Positions 19,115 through 28,874 of a stretch of 58,839 bases of DNA are shown here, in pieces; position 1 is the stretch's first letter; every line of letters begins with the position of its first letter. The notes under the pieces are model-generated. The model had not been told where the DNA came from. It did no database searches and worked only from the letters and a program-made list of their open reading frames with translations. The translations under genes and the position numbers were made by a program. This DNA is from a candidate division WOR-3 bacterium (GTDB taxonomy: Bacteria > SDB-A), in assembly GCA_016934535.1 (NCBI GenBank), contig JAFGSQ010000015.1, positions 1-58,839 of the forward strand. The letters are read 5' to 3'.

Positions 19115-21058
19115 TCATGGACCGAGAATTCTTTTCAGTTCCAGAAATCTTTGGTCTTCGGGCCATTTAACCGAAGCTTTCATGAGTTCTCGCTTCGCCT
19201 CCTGAACGTCACCGATCGCCAGAAGCAGGTTGATTGACGCTTCGTATTTATCAGGTGAGTCACTCATCAGTCTCACCGCTTGGGCGGCTTCTTCGAATTC
19301 TCCCGTCAGAATGCAAAGGTGTGCTCTGAGGTAATAAATGTCGTCTTTGTCAGATCCCAGAGCGAGTGCTTTTTCCAGGTCAACAGAAATTTCTTTCGCT
19401 TCTTCCCTTGTTATGTCGGCGCCCAGGCAGATCATGCGGATTTTTGCCCTGTTGAGCCGGTATTGCCAGAAAGAATAATTGGCGTTGAGCGAATCGAGAA
19501 CCGGTAAAAGACGGGGAATATCTTGAGTGGAAAAAAAGAAATTCATCTGGTTTTCCCAGATGACTCTTTGGTGATTCTGAGACGCCGGTTCCGGGTCATA
19601 AATTATTCTGTAAGCTGTTTCGGGAGATTTATCGTCACCGTTAAAAAGGAAATAACAACTTTTAGGAGTGAAAACCGAAGAAAGGGATTTTGTTTTTGAA
19701 GAAGGGAAATATACAAGAGGAAGCGATTTTTCCAGACAGTAATTCATCAGCGCCCCTGCGTCGCAAAGATGACCGGAAATTTCACCAAGAGATTCAATGT
19801 ACCATTTCTCATCGAGGAGATCAGAAAAAATTAATGTCAGGTCTGTCCTTTCTCCTTGAGTAATTTTCGCGTTGAGAAGGAGAAAATACTCGTTGGTGTT
19901 TTCGCAGTACACGACAGAATTTTCCGGGATTTTTTCAAGCATAAAATTCATGTAAGAATGCGCTCCGGATGAGTTTCTTCTCTCGAGCGGAGGGTGATGG
20001 ATTAAAAAATTAAAAATTGCTGTTATTATCAGGAAAAAGCCGGCGAACCGTCTGAATTTAACAAGATCGTCTGAATGTGACGCAGTGTATGAAGCGAAAA
20101 AGTACAGAGGGATCAGATAAGCTTCAAAATCCGGACCTCTCCCTGCGTTTAGTGCGAAAACAAGAAACGCGAGAAAGAGAACCGGAATCGTCAGGGCACA
20201 GGCGCCGTTCTTTTTTAAAATTGAAATAAAACCTGCCGCCCAGAGAATGATTCCGGCGAAAGCTGAATTGAAGAGAAGATTTTTCGAAACAGTGACGACG
20301 GTTGTGAACAGGTTCTTTTGCGCCAGAAAACCTGAAAAGAAATCACCTCTGAATTCTTTCATAGTAAGCATGCCGTAAAAATTTTTGAAGTTCTCAGGAT
20401 TTCCCCAGTCAAGAGGGGGGCCGGCCTGGCTTCTGAAAAAAATAAATAAGTAAATTGAGAAACCCATAGAGAACAGAAAAATGTTTAGAAATAAAAAACG
20501 GACGTTTTTATCCTTGAAAAAGCAAAATGCCGCCGTTACGGGAAATATAATTGCGATAAGTATGCTGGCTCCCGAAAAAAGACCCAGAATGTAGCTGTAA
20601 AGAGCGAATTGCTTTCTGCTGCCGAAAACCAGAGGGAAAAAGCAAAGCCCGGCCGCGAAAAGACAGTACGTTTCTGCAACTGTGGAATAATGGAAAACGG
20701 GCATTGAAAAGCCGAAAATCAACGGAGCGCCAATGCTTGAAAGAAAAGATCTGCCGGAACGGGCCAAAAGAAACGAATAAACAAAAAGAGACAGAGATGA
20801 ATATAAAACGCTTGCAAGCACCACGGATCTTGAAGGGGAAGTGAACGATCCGAAGATAATGACCGAAATCCTTCCCATGATTGAATAAAGAGGATGTCCG
20901 GGGGAGTGAGTTATGGAAAGGGTTCTGGCGACAATGTCCATCTGGGGGGAGTCTTCCCAGAACAAACCCGGACACGAGAAGAAAAAATACGCGGAAACAG
21001 AAATAGCAAAAACAGCAAGAGGAGGAATTAACTCCAGAAAAAATCTTTTTTTACCCAT
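19115..21058 (-). CDS. DUF2723 / TMEM260-like GT-C membrane glycosyltransferase with C-terminal TPR
   Basis: P.LFWEDS, ITHSPGHPLY, AETY, RS...P.LDWGNP motifs; many TM helices. Confidence 0.8.
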   Translation of the reverse strand: MGKKRFFLELIPPLAVFAISVSAYFFFSCPGLFWEDSPQMDIVARTLSITHSPGHPLYSIMGRISVIIFGSFTSPSRSVVLASVLYSSLSLFVYSFLLARSGRSFLSSIGAPLIFGFSMPVFHYSTVAETYCLFAAGLCFFPLVFGSRKQFALYSYILGLFSGASILIAIIFPVTAAFCFFKDKNVRFLFLNIFLFSMGFSIYLFIFFRSQAGPPLDWGNPENFKNFYGMLTMKEFRGDFFSGFLAQKNLFTTVVTVSKNLLFNSAFAGIILWAAGFISILKKNGACALTIPVLFLAFLVFALNAGRGPDFEAYLIPLYFFASYTASHSDDLVKFRRFAGFFLIITAIFNFLIHHPPLERRNSSGAHSYMNFMLEKIPENSVVYCENTNEYFLLLNAKITQGERTDLTLIFSDLLDEKWYIESLGEISGHLCDAGALMNYCLEKSLPLVYFPSSKTKSLSSVFTPKSCYFLFNGDDKSPETAYRIIYDPEPASQNHQRVIWENQMNFFFSTQDIPRLLPVLDSLNANYSFWQYRLNRAKIRMICLGADITREEAKEISVDLEKALALGSDKDDIYYLRAHLCILTGEFEEAAQAVRLMSDSPDKYEASINLLLAIGDVQEAKRELMKASVKWPEDQRFLELKRILGP

Positions 21059-22426
21059 TCAGCCTTTCATCATGTGAAACACGAATTTAACGTCAGATAA
21101 AAAAGAACCGGAGCTGAAAGCGTGACCGCGTCTAATTATGTTGAAAATTTTTTTCGGGTTGAGATAAAATTTTAGGTAAGCTTTTTTGAGCAGTTTTTCA
21201 AGTTCCCCTCCGGAAAAACCAGGCAGTTGAAGATTGGTGTTCTCGTAAAGGCCTTTCTCAGGTTCTCCGCTTAAAAAACCCATTTTCGAATACAATTCGT
21301 TTATTCTTGTTCCTTTATACGGCTGGAGTATGAAAAATTTGGCAAAATGAGCCTTCGACGAAATGGAATGTAATACGTTTTTTTCGACGGTTTCTTTGGT
21401 TTCTCCTGGTAGACCGAAAACGTAAAAAACCCACGTGGTCAGACCATTCTTCGAGGAAAGATATATCGCCTCTTCGTATTTTTGCATGCTGACCGTCTTT
21501 CCTATTGTCCTGTATATGCTCTCCGATGCAGTTTCGATGCCGAAACCGGCGTTGATGAAATTGGCGCTTTTCATGCAAAGAAGCAGGTCTTTGTCTATGT
21601 TTGAAGGTCTGATGCCGTTCATGAAGTAGAATTTTACAGGCAGATTTTTTTTTCTCGTCAGGTAGAGAAAATCCTCGGTCCATTCTCTGTCTCCCGTGAA
21701 ATCGTCGTCAGTTATGTGTATCTCCCTGGCTTTAAATTCCGAAACAAGATATTCGACGAGACATATAGCCCTTTCAGGAGACATTCTTCGGACTTTTCTG
21801 CCCCAGATATTCGGTGTCGAACAAAAAATACAGTTGCCTCCGCATCCTCTGCTGAAAGATACAGGTATGGCGGGAGCGTCACGGGATTCGGGCGGTTTGA
21901 ATCTTTTCCAGTCGCTGACAAGACGGTAATTAGGGAAAGGAAGAGAGTCGAGATCTTCTACCAGAGAAGCGGCCGGTGTTTCTCCGTCTTCAGTCAGCAC
22001 GCCTTCGATTCCGGACAAGTCTGAATTATCTGAAAGCCGGAGGGCTATCTCAACGGCGGCTTTTTCCCCCTCGCCCCTGACTGCGGCTCTTATTCCTTCA
22101 GTTACAGATGACATTCCGTAAGCCGAGGCGTGCGGCCCTCCGAGAATTACGGGCGGACCGTTTAATTTTTTTAAAGTCCTGGAAATGCTGCGTATTCTGG
22201 TGAAAAGAGGAGTTGTGCAGGTTGCAAAAACAGCGAGAGTGTCGTTCCGGGTGAGTTTATGAATTAATTGTTTTTTTTCCGCGAAATCCTCCTGCACGAG
22301 CTCTGTTGTGAATCCCGCATTTTCAAGAGCCGACGACAGAAAAAGGAGCCCGAGATGAGGATAAGGAATCTTTCCGGCGTAGAGCTGTTTTTGAGAAGGC
22401 GACAGAAGAAGAATTTTATTTTTCAT
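21059..22426 (-). CDS. Cobalamin-binding radical SAM protein
   Basis: N-terminal PHLGLLFLSS.L and ILGGPHAS B12-binding region; SRGCGGNCIFC; DDDF; GIET; GLPGET. Confidence 0.9.
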   Translation of the reverse strand: MKNKILLLSPSQKQLYAGKIPYPHLGLLFLSSALENAGFTTELVQEDFAEKKQLIHKLTRNDTLAVFATCTTPLFTRIRSISRTLKKLNGPPVILGGPHASAYGMSSVTEGIRAAVRGEGEKAAVEIALRLSDNSDLSGIEGVLTEDGETPAASLVEDLDSLPFPNYRLVSDWKRFKPPESRDAPAIPVSFSRGCGGNCIFCSTPNIWGRKVRRMSPERAICLVEYLVSEFKAREIHITDDDFTGDREWTEDFLYLTRKKNLPVKFYFMNGIRPSNIDKDLLLCMKSANFINAGFGIETASESIYRTIGKTVSMQKYEEAIYLSSKNGLTTWVFYVFGLPGETKETVEKNVLHSISSKAHFAKFFILQPYKGTRINELYSKMGFLSGEPEKGLYENTNLQLPGFSGGELEKLLKKAYLKFYLNPKKIFNIIRRGHAFSSGSFLSDVKFVFHMMKG

Positions 22427-23253
22427 GCAACCGATAATGGATTGTTTCTGCCTGGAACAGAAGATGTCCGGATTTTTCTGTATTCACCTTTGCCCCTTTC
22501 TTTCAGCGAGCTCAGAGGCAGAAAAGAGATTCCCGCATTTTTGTTTTTACGGAGTATTTTTTCGAAAAAGTATTTGTATTTTATGCCTTCGAGTTCGGCG
22601 TGAGCGCAATATACATCTCCGTCTTTGAATGCAGGATTTATAGATATTTTTGAGACCAGGCATTCGTCGAGAGTGGGAAGAGTCACAGGTATCTGCAGTG
22701 TTTTGAGGCGTGTTCCGTTTTCTGTCAAGGGATAAAAAGGCGCATTTGCCCTGACATCGCTGGCGAATTCGAAGCCGAGGGAATCTTGCATGCGAAGAAG
22801 TTCTACGGACGCTTTCCAGCCGGGAGCTCCGGAAAAAGAGGGTGAAAAACCTGTGGAGGAGATGAATTCATCAATTCCCTGTAACATGCGCTTGAAAAAA
22901 AATTTGGATTTTTCGGTGTTGAAAAATGCTATCCATCTGAAATGCGAATACCCGTGAAGGCCTATTTCGTGTCCATCCGACAGAATGCTCTCGGCTGTTT
23001 TCCTCAAACCGGACGATTGATTTCCAGAAGCCAGGTTGATGTATGAACTTTTGAGCGTAATTATTTTTTCAAGGAAATCTTTTTCTCTGAAAACTCTCAG
23101 GGCCGATACTGCGAAATCGTCAGGTCCGGTCGTAAGAAAGAAAGAAGCCTTCGCACTTTGCCGGGCGAGAGTTTTAAGGATCTCGGGGACACCGGCTTTC
23201 AGGCCGGCTTTGGTGTCGACATCAATCCGAAGGCAGCATATCTTATCATGCAT
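22423..23253 (-). CDS. ArnD-like polysaccharide deacetylase/deformylase
   Basis: LRIDVDT..G...GVP, ASFF..TGPD, HEIGLHG..H..W, APGW, QIPVTLPTLDE, HAELEG. Confidence 0.85.
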   Translation of the reverse strand: MHDKICCLRIDVDTKAGLKAGVPEILKTLARQSAKASFFLTTGPDDFAVSALRVFREKDFLEKIITLKSSYINLASGNQSSGLRKTAESILSDGHEIGLHGYSHFRWIAFFNTEKSKFFFKRMLQGIDEFISSTGFSPSFSGAPGWKASVELLRMQDSLGFEFASDVRANAPFYPLTENGTRLKTLQIPVTLPTLDECLVSKISINPAFKDGDVYCAHAELEGIKYKYFFEKILRKNKNAGISFLPLSSLKERGKGEYRKIRTSSVPGRNNPLSVA

Positions 23254-23260
23254 ATTTCTC

Positions 23261-23334
23261 CGTGCCCGAAAGGACTTGAACCTTCAACCTGCGGATCCGG
23301 AATCCGCCGCTCTATCCTGTTGAGCCACGGGCAC
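23261..23334 (-). tRNA. tRNA-Arg(CCG)
   Basis: Reverse complement folds: acceptor GTGCCCG/CGGGCAC, anticodon arm GCGGA-TTCCGGA-TCCGC, T loop TTCAAGT; CCA not encoded. Confidence 0.95.
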
Positions 23335-23359
23335 GAGTTTATTTCAGGGAAAGATTTAT

Positions 23360-23455
23360 TTACCTGATTTTCTTTTTGTGTCTGTTGAGTCTGCGTTTTT
23401 TCTTGAGTTTATGAGTGCGTATTTTTTGCAGCTTTCTTTTTCTTCCGCAGGGCAA
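23360..23455 (-). CDS. Small basic ribosomal protein bS22 / AURKAIP1-COX24-domain family (31 aa)
   Basis: Not in ORF track; GGAGG SD then TTG; MPCGRKRKLQKIRTHKLKKKRRLNRHKKKIR matches the MPxGKKRKxxKxxTHKRKKRxRxNRHKKK pattern. Confidence 0.85.
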   Translation of the reverse strand: MPCGRKRKLQKIRTHKLKKKRRLNRHKKKIR

Positions 23456-23470
23456 AGTTCCTCCAATCAA

Positions 23471-23761
23471 TCATTTTTTTACTGATTCTTTAATAAATCT
23501 TGCCGGTTTGAATGTAGGCGCCGGATGATCCGGAATGTTCATCATCTGTTTTGTTCTGGGATTTATGGCGCTTCTTCCTTTTCTGCTTTTTACCTTGAAC
23601 ACGCCGAAGCCCCTTATCTCGACTCTTTCGTGTCTTGCTATCGTGCCGACGAGGGCGTCTATGAAGGCATTAACAATAATGCTCGTATCTTTCTTAGGAA
23701 AACCCGTGGATTCTGCCACTTCATTTATAAGATCCATTTTTGTTTTGGTTGTGTCTCTCAT
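23471..23761 (-). CDS. HU/IHF family DNA-binding protein
   Basis: TK.DLI..VA, VEIRGFGVF, R.A.NPRT, P.FKP. Confidence 0.95.
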   Translation of the reverse strand: MRDTTKTKMDLINEVAESTGFPKKDTSIIVNAFIDALVGTIARHERVEIRGFGVFKVKSRKGRSAINPRTKQMMNIPDHPAPTFKPARFIKESVKK

Positions 23762-23793
23762 TTTTGACTCCTTTTCAAAACGTTCCGCGAAGT

Positions 23794-24276
23794 TTACCAG
23801 TTTTCTGTCATCAAAGAAATGAGGATTTTTGAAAAATCTTCATAAGCCAACTTTTTTCCGTCATCTTCAGTTTCATTATATGCAGAATATATGCCGTTTG
23901 CAATAATTACTTTGTCTTTCCAGATAGTGTCATTATCCGTATTGTTTATATAAGTCACGTTTACCGCAATGGATACTTTGTATTGTTCGATTTTCTCGTC
24001 TGATGTATATGAGAAAACCTCGTTAGTGTAAGCTGAGACTTTGAGGTGAAGAACAAGGTCGGAATCTCTTGAATCTGTGAGATGAAGTCGAGAATCTTTT
24101 ATGAAGGCGTTCCTGACAGTTTCGGTGAAGTCCTGTTCTATTCCGTACATTCCGGAAGTGTTGTCGGCCACGGGTATGGATATACTCCCGGATTTCGGAG
24201 GGAAAGTGCCTCCATGGAAAGAGTAAGAAACACAACCGGAAATTAGAAGCGTAAGCAAGAAGTAGTATTTTGACAT
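23794..24276 (-). CDS. lptE: LptE-family LPS assembly lipoprotein
   Basis: Lipobox ISGC, YSF.GG..P....ISIP...N; C-terminal ENW; start at ATG 24276. Confidence 0.78.
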   Translation of the reverse strand: MSKYYFLLTLLISGCVSYSFHGGTFPPKSGSISIPVADNTSGMYGIEQDFTETVRNAFIKDSRLHLTDSRDSDLVLHLKVSAYTNEVFSYTSDEKIEQYKVSIAVNVTYINNTDNDTIWKDKVIIANGIYSAYNETEDDGKKLAYEDFSKILISLMTENW

Positions 24277-24298
24277 TTTTATCATCATCCGTTATTAT
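24270..24298 (+). promoter_or_regulatory. Putative sigma70-type promoter of the thioesterase gene, overlapping the lptE start
   Basis: TTGACA (24270-24275), 17 nt spacer, TATTAT (24293-24298). Confidence 0.45.
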
Positions 24299-24308
24299 CA
24301 TATCTTGT

Positions 24309-24791
24309 ATGAAAAAAGTAAAGAATCCATTTCTTCTTCTAGATAACTACTGCTGTTTTGCTTGTTCTCCTCACAATCCTCACGGACTTCAACTCCAATT
24401 TTACGAAGAAGAAGGCGAAGTATTCGCTCTGTTCGACGCGAAACAGAGGTTCGAAGGATTTCCCGGAATGCTCCATGGAGGAATTGCGGGAACAATCCTG
24501 GACGAAGTGATGTTCTGGGCTTCTTTCGTAAAAATGCAAATTATGACAGTCACAATGTCCATGGAATTAAAATACAAATTACCGGTATCGCTCGACAGGG
24601 AGTATAAGGCCAGAGGAAAAGTCGTCGGAATAAAACGCCGGTCGGTAATTTGTGAATCTTCAATAGAAGACGGCGACAAAACGGTTTACTGCCTGGCCAA
24701 AGGTGTTTATTTTATTCCCGAAAAAAGAAAATTTTCCGATGCCGCCAGAATTGACGTGGATAAAGGGCCTCTTGCCGGATTTTTCAGATAG
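24309..24791 (+). CDS. PaaI family (hotdog fold) thioesterase
   Basis: CFACSPHNPHGLQL.F, G.PG.LHGGI..TILDE; start ATG 24309. Confidence 0.88.
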   Translation: MKKVKNPFLLLDNYCCFACSPHNPHGLQLQFYEEEGEVFALFDAKQRFEGFPGMLHGGIAGTILDEVMFWASFVKMQIMTVTMSMELKYKLPVSLDREYKARGKVVGIKRRSVICESSIEDGDKTVYCLAKGVYFIPEKRKFSDAARIDVDKGPLAGFFR

Positions 24792-24802
24792 CCGTTTCAT
24801 AA

Positions 24803-25417
24803 TTATTCCACATATATTTCTCTTTTTCCCTTCTTCAGCGCTTGAGGGATCATATTTTTCGCTGAGGCGAAAGCTTTCGCGAAAGTTTTTTCGTCTGATT
24901 CGATCAGAGAAAAACGAGACCGTACTTTTTCAGTATAAGAGTCATCCTGGCAGTATATCCTGAATGGTCCGATTAGTTTTTTAAATTCCTCAAACTCTCT
25001 GTAATCGCAAACGATCTCGTAATCGATTACGCTGACGAGCTCTTTGAGGTGTGCGCGGGATACTGCCAGAGAGGCCGCTTTTACATAAGCTCTCGTCAAA
25101 CCTGCCGCGCCGAGTTTTATGCCTCCGAAAATCCTGCTCACGACTATGAGAGTTTCAAAAAGCGATGCCCTCTCTATGCAAGAGAGAATAGGTTTGCCGG
25201 AAGTTCCGGATGGTTCGCCGTCGTCGGAATATTTTTTTTTAGCTCCTGCGATGAATGCGAAAGGATGATGATTGGCGTTTTTAATCGCCGATTTTCGGGC
25301 GGAGAGGATTTTTTTGATGTCTTCGTCACTTTCGACGGGTGTTAGAAAAGCGATGAATCTGCTTTTCTTATCCAGCGTCTCAACCGTCGCCGAAGAAGAA
25401 GGAACGAATTTAGCCAT
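24803..25417 (-). CDS. yigZ: YigZ/IMPACT family protein
   Basis: KKSRFIA, ANHH.FA, SDDGEPSGTSG.P, R.FGGIKLG..GL.RAY. Confidence 0.92.
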   Translation of the reverse strand: MAKFVPSSSATVETLDKKSRFIAFLTPVESDEDIKKILSARKSAIKNANHHPFAFIAGAKKKYSDDGEPSGTSGKPILSCIERASLFETLIVVSRIFGGIKLGAAGLTRAYVKAASLAVSRAHLKELVSVIDYEIVCDYREFEEFKKLIGPFRIYCQDDSYTEKVRSRFSLIESDEKTFAKAFASAKNMIPQALKKGKREIYVE

Positions 25418-25432
25418 GGGTGGAAAATTCAG

Positions 25433-27091
25433 TCACAGGTTTATTTTTTTCAGCGATCTCAACGCCGAGAGAGGAAAAACAGAAGCGAAGATGACAGTCA
25501 ACAAAGCAACTATGGACTGGCAAATTATCAAGAGTCTGATATTGATTGTTCCGCCGAATAAGTAAGTGGTCCTGAAATAATTGTATGCCCACTGGTTCAT
25601 TACAAGTAGTGAAAAAACAAGATAAAACAAACTGATTACGGCTGAAATTATCCCTCCGGCGCCGGCTGAAAGGCGAGAGGGATTTTTTTCCCTGAAGTTA
25701 GGGACCAGTCCGCCGATACCGATATTGATGCCCGTTATACCCCACGCGAACAGAAACACGTTCAAAATACCAATGATTGTAATGAGAGGACCGGTTTTCA
25801 GAAAATAATTGCCAACGGACACGAGCACAAGGCCGATGATCAGAACAGGGACAAGGTTTATGAAATATTTCGTCGTCAAAAAAGTTTTGAGATCTGTGTA
25901 TGTCCGCATTAACCAGAATGAATTGCCTTCAAGGCTTATGGAGGGATACGTAAATCTGACCGATATGGTTACCATGAGATAAGAAACAAAGGCGATGTTT
26001 GCGAAAGCGATGAAGGTCATGAAGACCGGATGACTGACGTTGAAGGATGAGTTTATTATTCCCAGCAGATAAATCACAAGCAGAAGCAGAAGAATCAGAC
26101 TTTGCCCCCACTGTGTTGGTTCCCTGAAAAAAAACAGAAGGTCTTTGTATGCAAGAATTCTTGCTGATCTCAGCATTTTCCCCTTGACAGTCGGAAATCC
26201 CTTGGTCTTCTTTGCGGAGCTGTTCGAAACCGCCGGAATGCTCAAAAAAAGCTTGTTATATCTCAAAGAAGACAATCCGAGCAGGAAAAAACTTCCGGCA
26301 CAATATGCCATCATGGCGCTGAAAGGCTTTACCCATGAGAATCCCGGCATCGCCGATGTTTTCATTGTTTCTGTAAAAAACTCGGATGGAAGCAGCCTGA
26401 AAGCTGGCAGCTCAACGGATTTGATATAATTAAGCACACCCTGCATCGTCGTTATGTCCGGAACTCTGAACAGAACGTTGAATTTGAGAGAAAGATACAG
26501 GATTATCAGAAACGAAAAAGCGGCAAACGCCGAAAAAGTTATTTTCAATCTTGAAAAACTGAGAAAAGCAGGAAAAAGCATGAATATGATGAATATCCCC
26601 AGCGAAGCCGTGATAAGAAGAAAAATGAAAAGGGAGGCTGTCGAAACGGCGTAGTATTTGAAAGATCCGTGATACACCGCTCCATAAGCCGTTATGACGG
26701 GAATATCGACTATGACACTCGCCCATGAAGCGTAAATGATATTCTCGATGAGGCGGGAGAAAAATATCTTTTTCGAATCAAGCGGGAGAGTGAAAAGATA
26801 CTCAACCTCCGGATTCCTGAAGAACGTGGGAATAGATGTAATAATATTGCTTATGATGAGAAAGAAAAAAAAGGACGAGAAAGTCATCGCTATCAGGCGC
26901 GTGATTATGACAGGGCCTATATATTCTTCTACGTAGAGAAATCCGAAAATTCTAGTGAGTAAAACGTAAATCCCGGTATAAAAAACAGTTATGACGATGA
27001 GGAAAGAAACAATTTTCACTATGTTTTGAATCGAGAATCCGAAGACGTCTCTTTTTAACGTTCTCATTTTCAGAAGCAAAAGAGATCTCAT
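25433..27091 (-). CDS. Putative ABC exporter permease
   Basis: About 12 TM segments, E.EYL.TLP, KD...FFREP.QW.Q, SLEG; overlaps the ABC ATPase stop. Confidence 0.82.
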   Translation of the reverse strand: MRSLLLLKMRTLKRDVFGFSIQNIVKIVSFLIVITVFYTGIYVLLTRIFGFLYVEEYIGPVIITRLIAMTFSSFFFFLIISNIITSIPTFFRNPEVEYLFTLPLDSKKIFFSRLIENIIYASWASVIVDIPVITAYGAVYHGSFKYYAVSTASLFIFLLITASLGIFIIFMLFPAFLSFSRLKITFSAFAAFSFLIILYLSLKFNVLFRVPDITTMQGVLNYIKSVELPAFRLLPSEFFTETMKTSAMPGFSWVKPFSAMMAYCAGSFFLLGLSSLRYNKLFLSIPAVSNSSAKKTKGFPTVKGKMLRSARILAYKDLLFFFREPTQWGQSLILLLLLVIYLLGIINSSFNVSHPVFMTFIAFANIAFVSYLMVTISVRFTYPSISLEGNSFWLMRTYTDLKTFLTTKYFINLVPVLIIGLVLVSVGNYFLKTGPLITIIGILNVFLFAWGITGINIGIGGLVPNFREKNPSRLSAGAGGIISAVISLFYLVFSLLVMNQWAYNYFRTTYLFGGTINIRLLIICQSIVALLTVIFASVFPLSALRSLKKINL

Positions 27092-27807
27092 GTCTGTTCG
27101 GCAATCATTTTGAGGAATATTTCCTCGAGGTTGGATTCTTTCTTTGAAGTAAGTTCTTTGGGAGGTCCCTGATATATGAGTTTCCCTTTGTTTATAACGC
27201 CGACCAGATCTGCAATGTCTTCAGCGAGCGGAAGAGTGTGTGTGGAAAGAAACACAATTTTTCCCCTGGAAGCGAAATCCCTGAACAGATCCTTGACCCT
27301 TTTCGCCGAAAGCGGATCAAGTCCGACCATCGGCTCGTCTATTAGAAGAAGATAGGGGTCGTGTATCAAAGAAGAGGCTATGGCAACTCTTTGCTTCATG
27401 CCGTGCGAATAACTTTCGACAAGATTGTCTATCCAATCCCCGAATGCCAAATATTCATCGAGTTCCGCGAATCTTCTGTTGAATTCTTTTCTTTCTATTG
27501 AAAACAGTTCCGAGACGAATTGGAGGAATTCCCTTCCGGTAAGTTTGTCATACAGAAACGGAGTGTCAGGTATGTAACCTATTATTTTCTTTATGCTCAT
27601 GGGTTCTTTCAACAAGTCTGTACCGTTGACTGATATTTCGCCTTCCGTCGGCAGAAGGAGCGTCGCGAGGATTTTTATCGTGGTGGTTTTCCCGGCACCG
27701 TTTGGGCCTATAAAGGCGAAAATCCGTCCTTCGGGGATCACGATGTTCACGCCGTCGACTGCGAGTGTTTTATCGTAGTATTTTTTCAGATTTTTAATTG
27801 CCAGCAT
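27088..27807 (-). CDS. ABC transporter ATP-binding protein
   Basis: GPNGAGKTT, YSHGMKQR, LLIDEP, STH. Confidence 0.95.
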   Translation of the reverse strand: MLAIKNLKKYYDKTLAVDGVNIVIPEGRIFAFIGPNGAGKTTTIKILATLLLPTEGEISVNGTDLLKEPMSIKKIIGYIPDTPFLYDKLTGREFLQFVSELFSIERKEFNRRFAELDEYLAFGDWIDNLVESYSHGMKQRVAIASSLIHDPYLLLIDEPMVGLDPLSAKRVKDLFRDFASRGKIVFLSTHTLPLAEDIADLVGVINKGKLIYQGPPKELTSKKESNLEEIFLKMIAEQT

Positions 27808-27878
27808 TAAAAAATGATATCATAATGGATTAAATTTTCAATCAGGGTTTTCAAAATCAGTTTTTTGCAAGGATAAAC

Positions 27879-28784
27879 ATGGAAGACGTTCTTTTTAAGA
27901 ATCCATTGTCTGATCTCCCATACGATCTTTTGAAATCGACTTCTCTCAGCATCATTGCAAAGATGGTAGTCGAAGGGCTGTTCAGTGGCCTGCACAGAAG
28001 CTGTTACAAAGGATTTTCGGTCGAGTTTTCCCAGCACAGAAAATACTATCCGGGTGACGAGACCAAGAGGATTGACTGGAGGGCTACCTGCCGAAGAGAT
28101 AAAACTGTGGTCAAGGAGTTTGAAGACAGGACTAATCTCCAGGCTTACGTAATTTTGGACGCGTCGGCATCCATGGAATACGGAAGCGGCCAAGTGAAAA
28201 AGTCGACTTACGCGAAAATACTGTGCGCTTCTCTGGTCTATCTTCTGACAAAGCAGAGGGACATGGTCGGTTTTGCTTCATTTTCCGAGAAAATTGACTG
28301 GATAGTCGCTCCGGGAGGCACTTCACATCACGTGAGAAGAGTTTTCGGAATGATAGAACGGACAAAGTTCGAAGGAAAAACCGACGTCGAAAAAATCCTG
28401 TACGAATTGGGCGAGAGGATAAAAAAAAGGAGTCTGATAATAATAATATCGGATCTTCTCGGAGAGAATCCTGATTTCATAAAGCCCTTGAAGGGTTTGA
28501 GGTATAAGAAAAACGAAATCGTACTCTTTTGGGTAAGAGATCCGAAGGAAGTGAGATACGGTTTCAAAAACGATTTCACTCTTTACGATCCTGAACTGGA
28601 CAGGAGAATTTTCGCCGAATACTCGCATACAAAAAAGAAATTTGACGAGAAGATGTCTTCTCTTGAAAAAACGATCTACGAAGAAACGAGCTCGAGCAGT
28701 ATATATTTCATGGACGCAAGAACCGACAGGGACATAAGAAACCTTCTTTTGGAATTCGTTTCCGACAGAAAAAAAATTGTTTGA
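27879..28784 (+). CDS. DUF58 domain protein
   Basis: G.HRS..KG.SVEFSQHR.Y.PGD..KRIDW, VKEFE, LDASASM, ISD. Confidence 0.92.
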   Translation: MEDVLFKNPLSDLPYDLLKSTSLSIIAKMVVEGLFSGLHRSCYKGFSVEFSQHRKYYPGDETKRIDWRATCRRDKTVVKEFEDRTNLQAYVILDASASMEYGSGQVKKSTYAKILCASLVYLLTKQRDMVGFASFSEKIDWIVAPGGTSHHVRRVFGMIERTKFEGKTDVEKILYELGERIKKRSLIIIISDLLGENPDFIKPLKGLRYKKNEIVLFWVRDPKEVRYGFKNDFTLYDPELDRRIFAEYSHTKKKFDEKMSSLEKTIYEETSSSSIYFMDARTDRDIRNLLLEFVSDRKKIV

Positions 28785-28874
28785 GCTGAACCTTTGACGC
28801 AGCCGGCTCACGGCATAAAACGGGATCGGCCGACAACAAACTAAATTGATTATTTTGTGTTTATATGTTAGATA

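Noticed and set aside
23261-23334. tRNA genes as integration sites of a genomic island
   Set aside because: No integrase, no duplicated tRNA 3' end noticed, and flanking genes look native.
27879-28784. MoxR-DUF58-vWA chaperone operon
   Set aside because: Only DUF58 is present; no AAA+ ATPase or vWA gene is adjacent.
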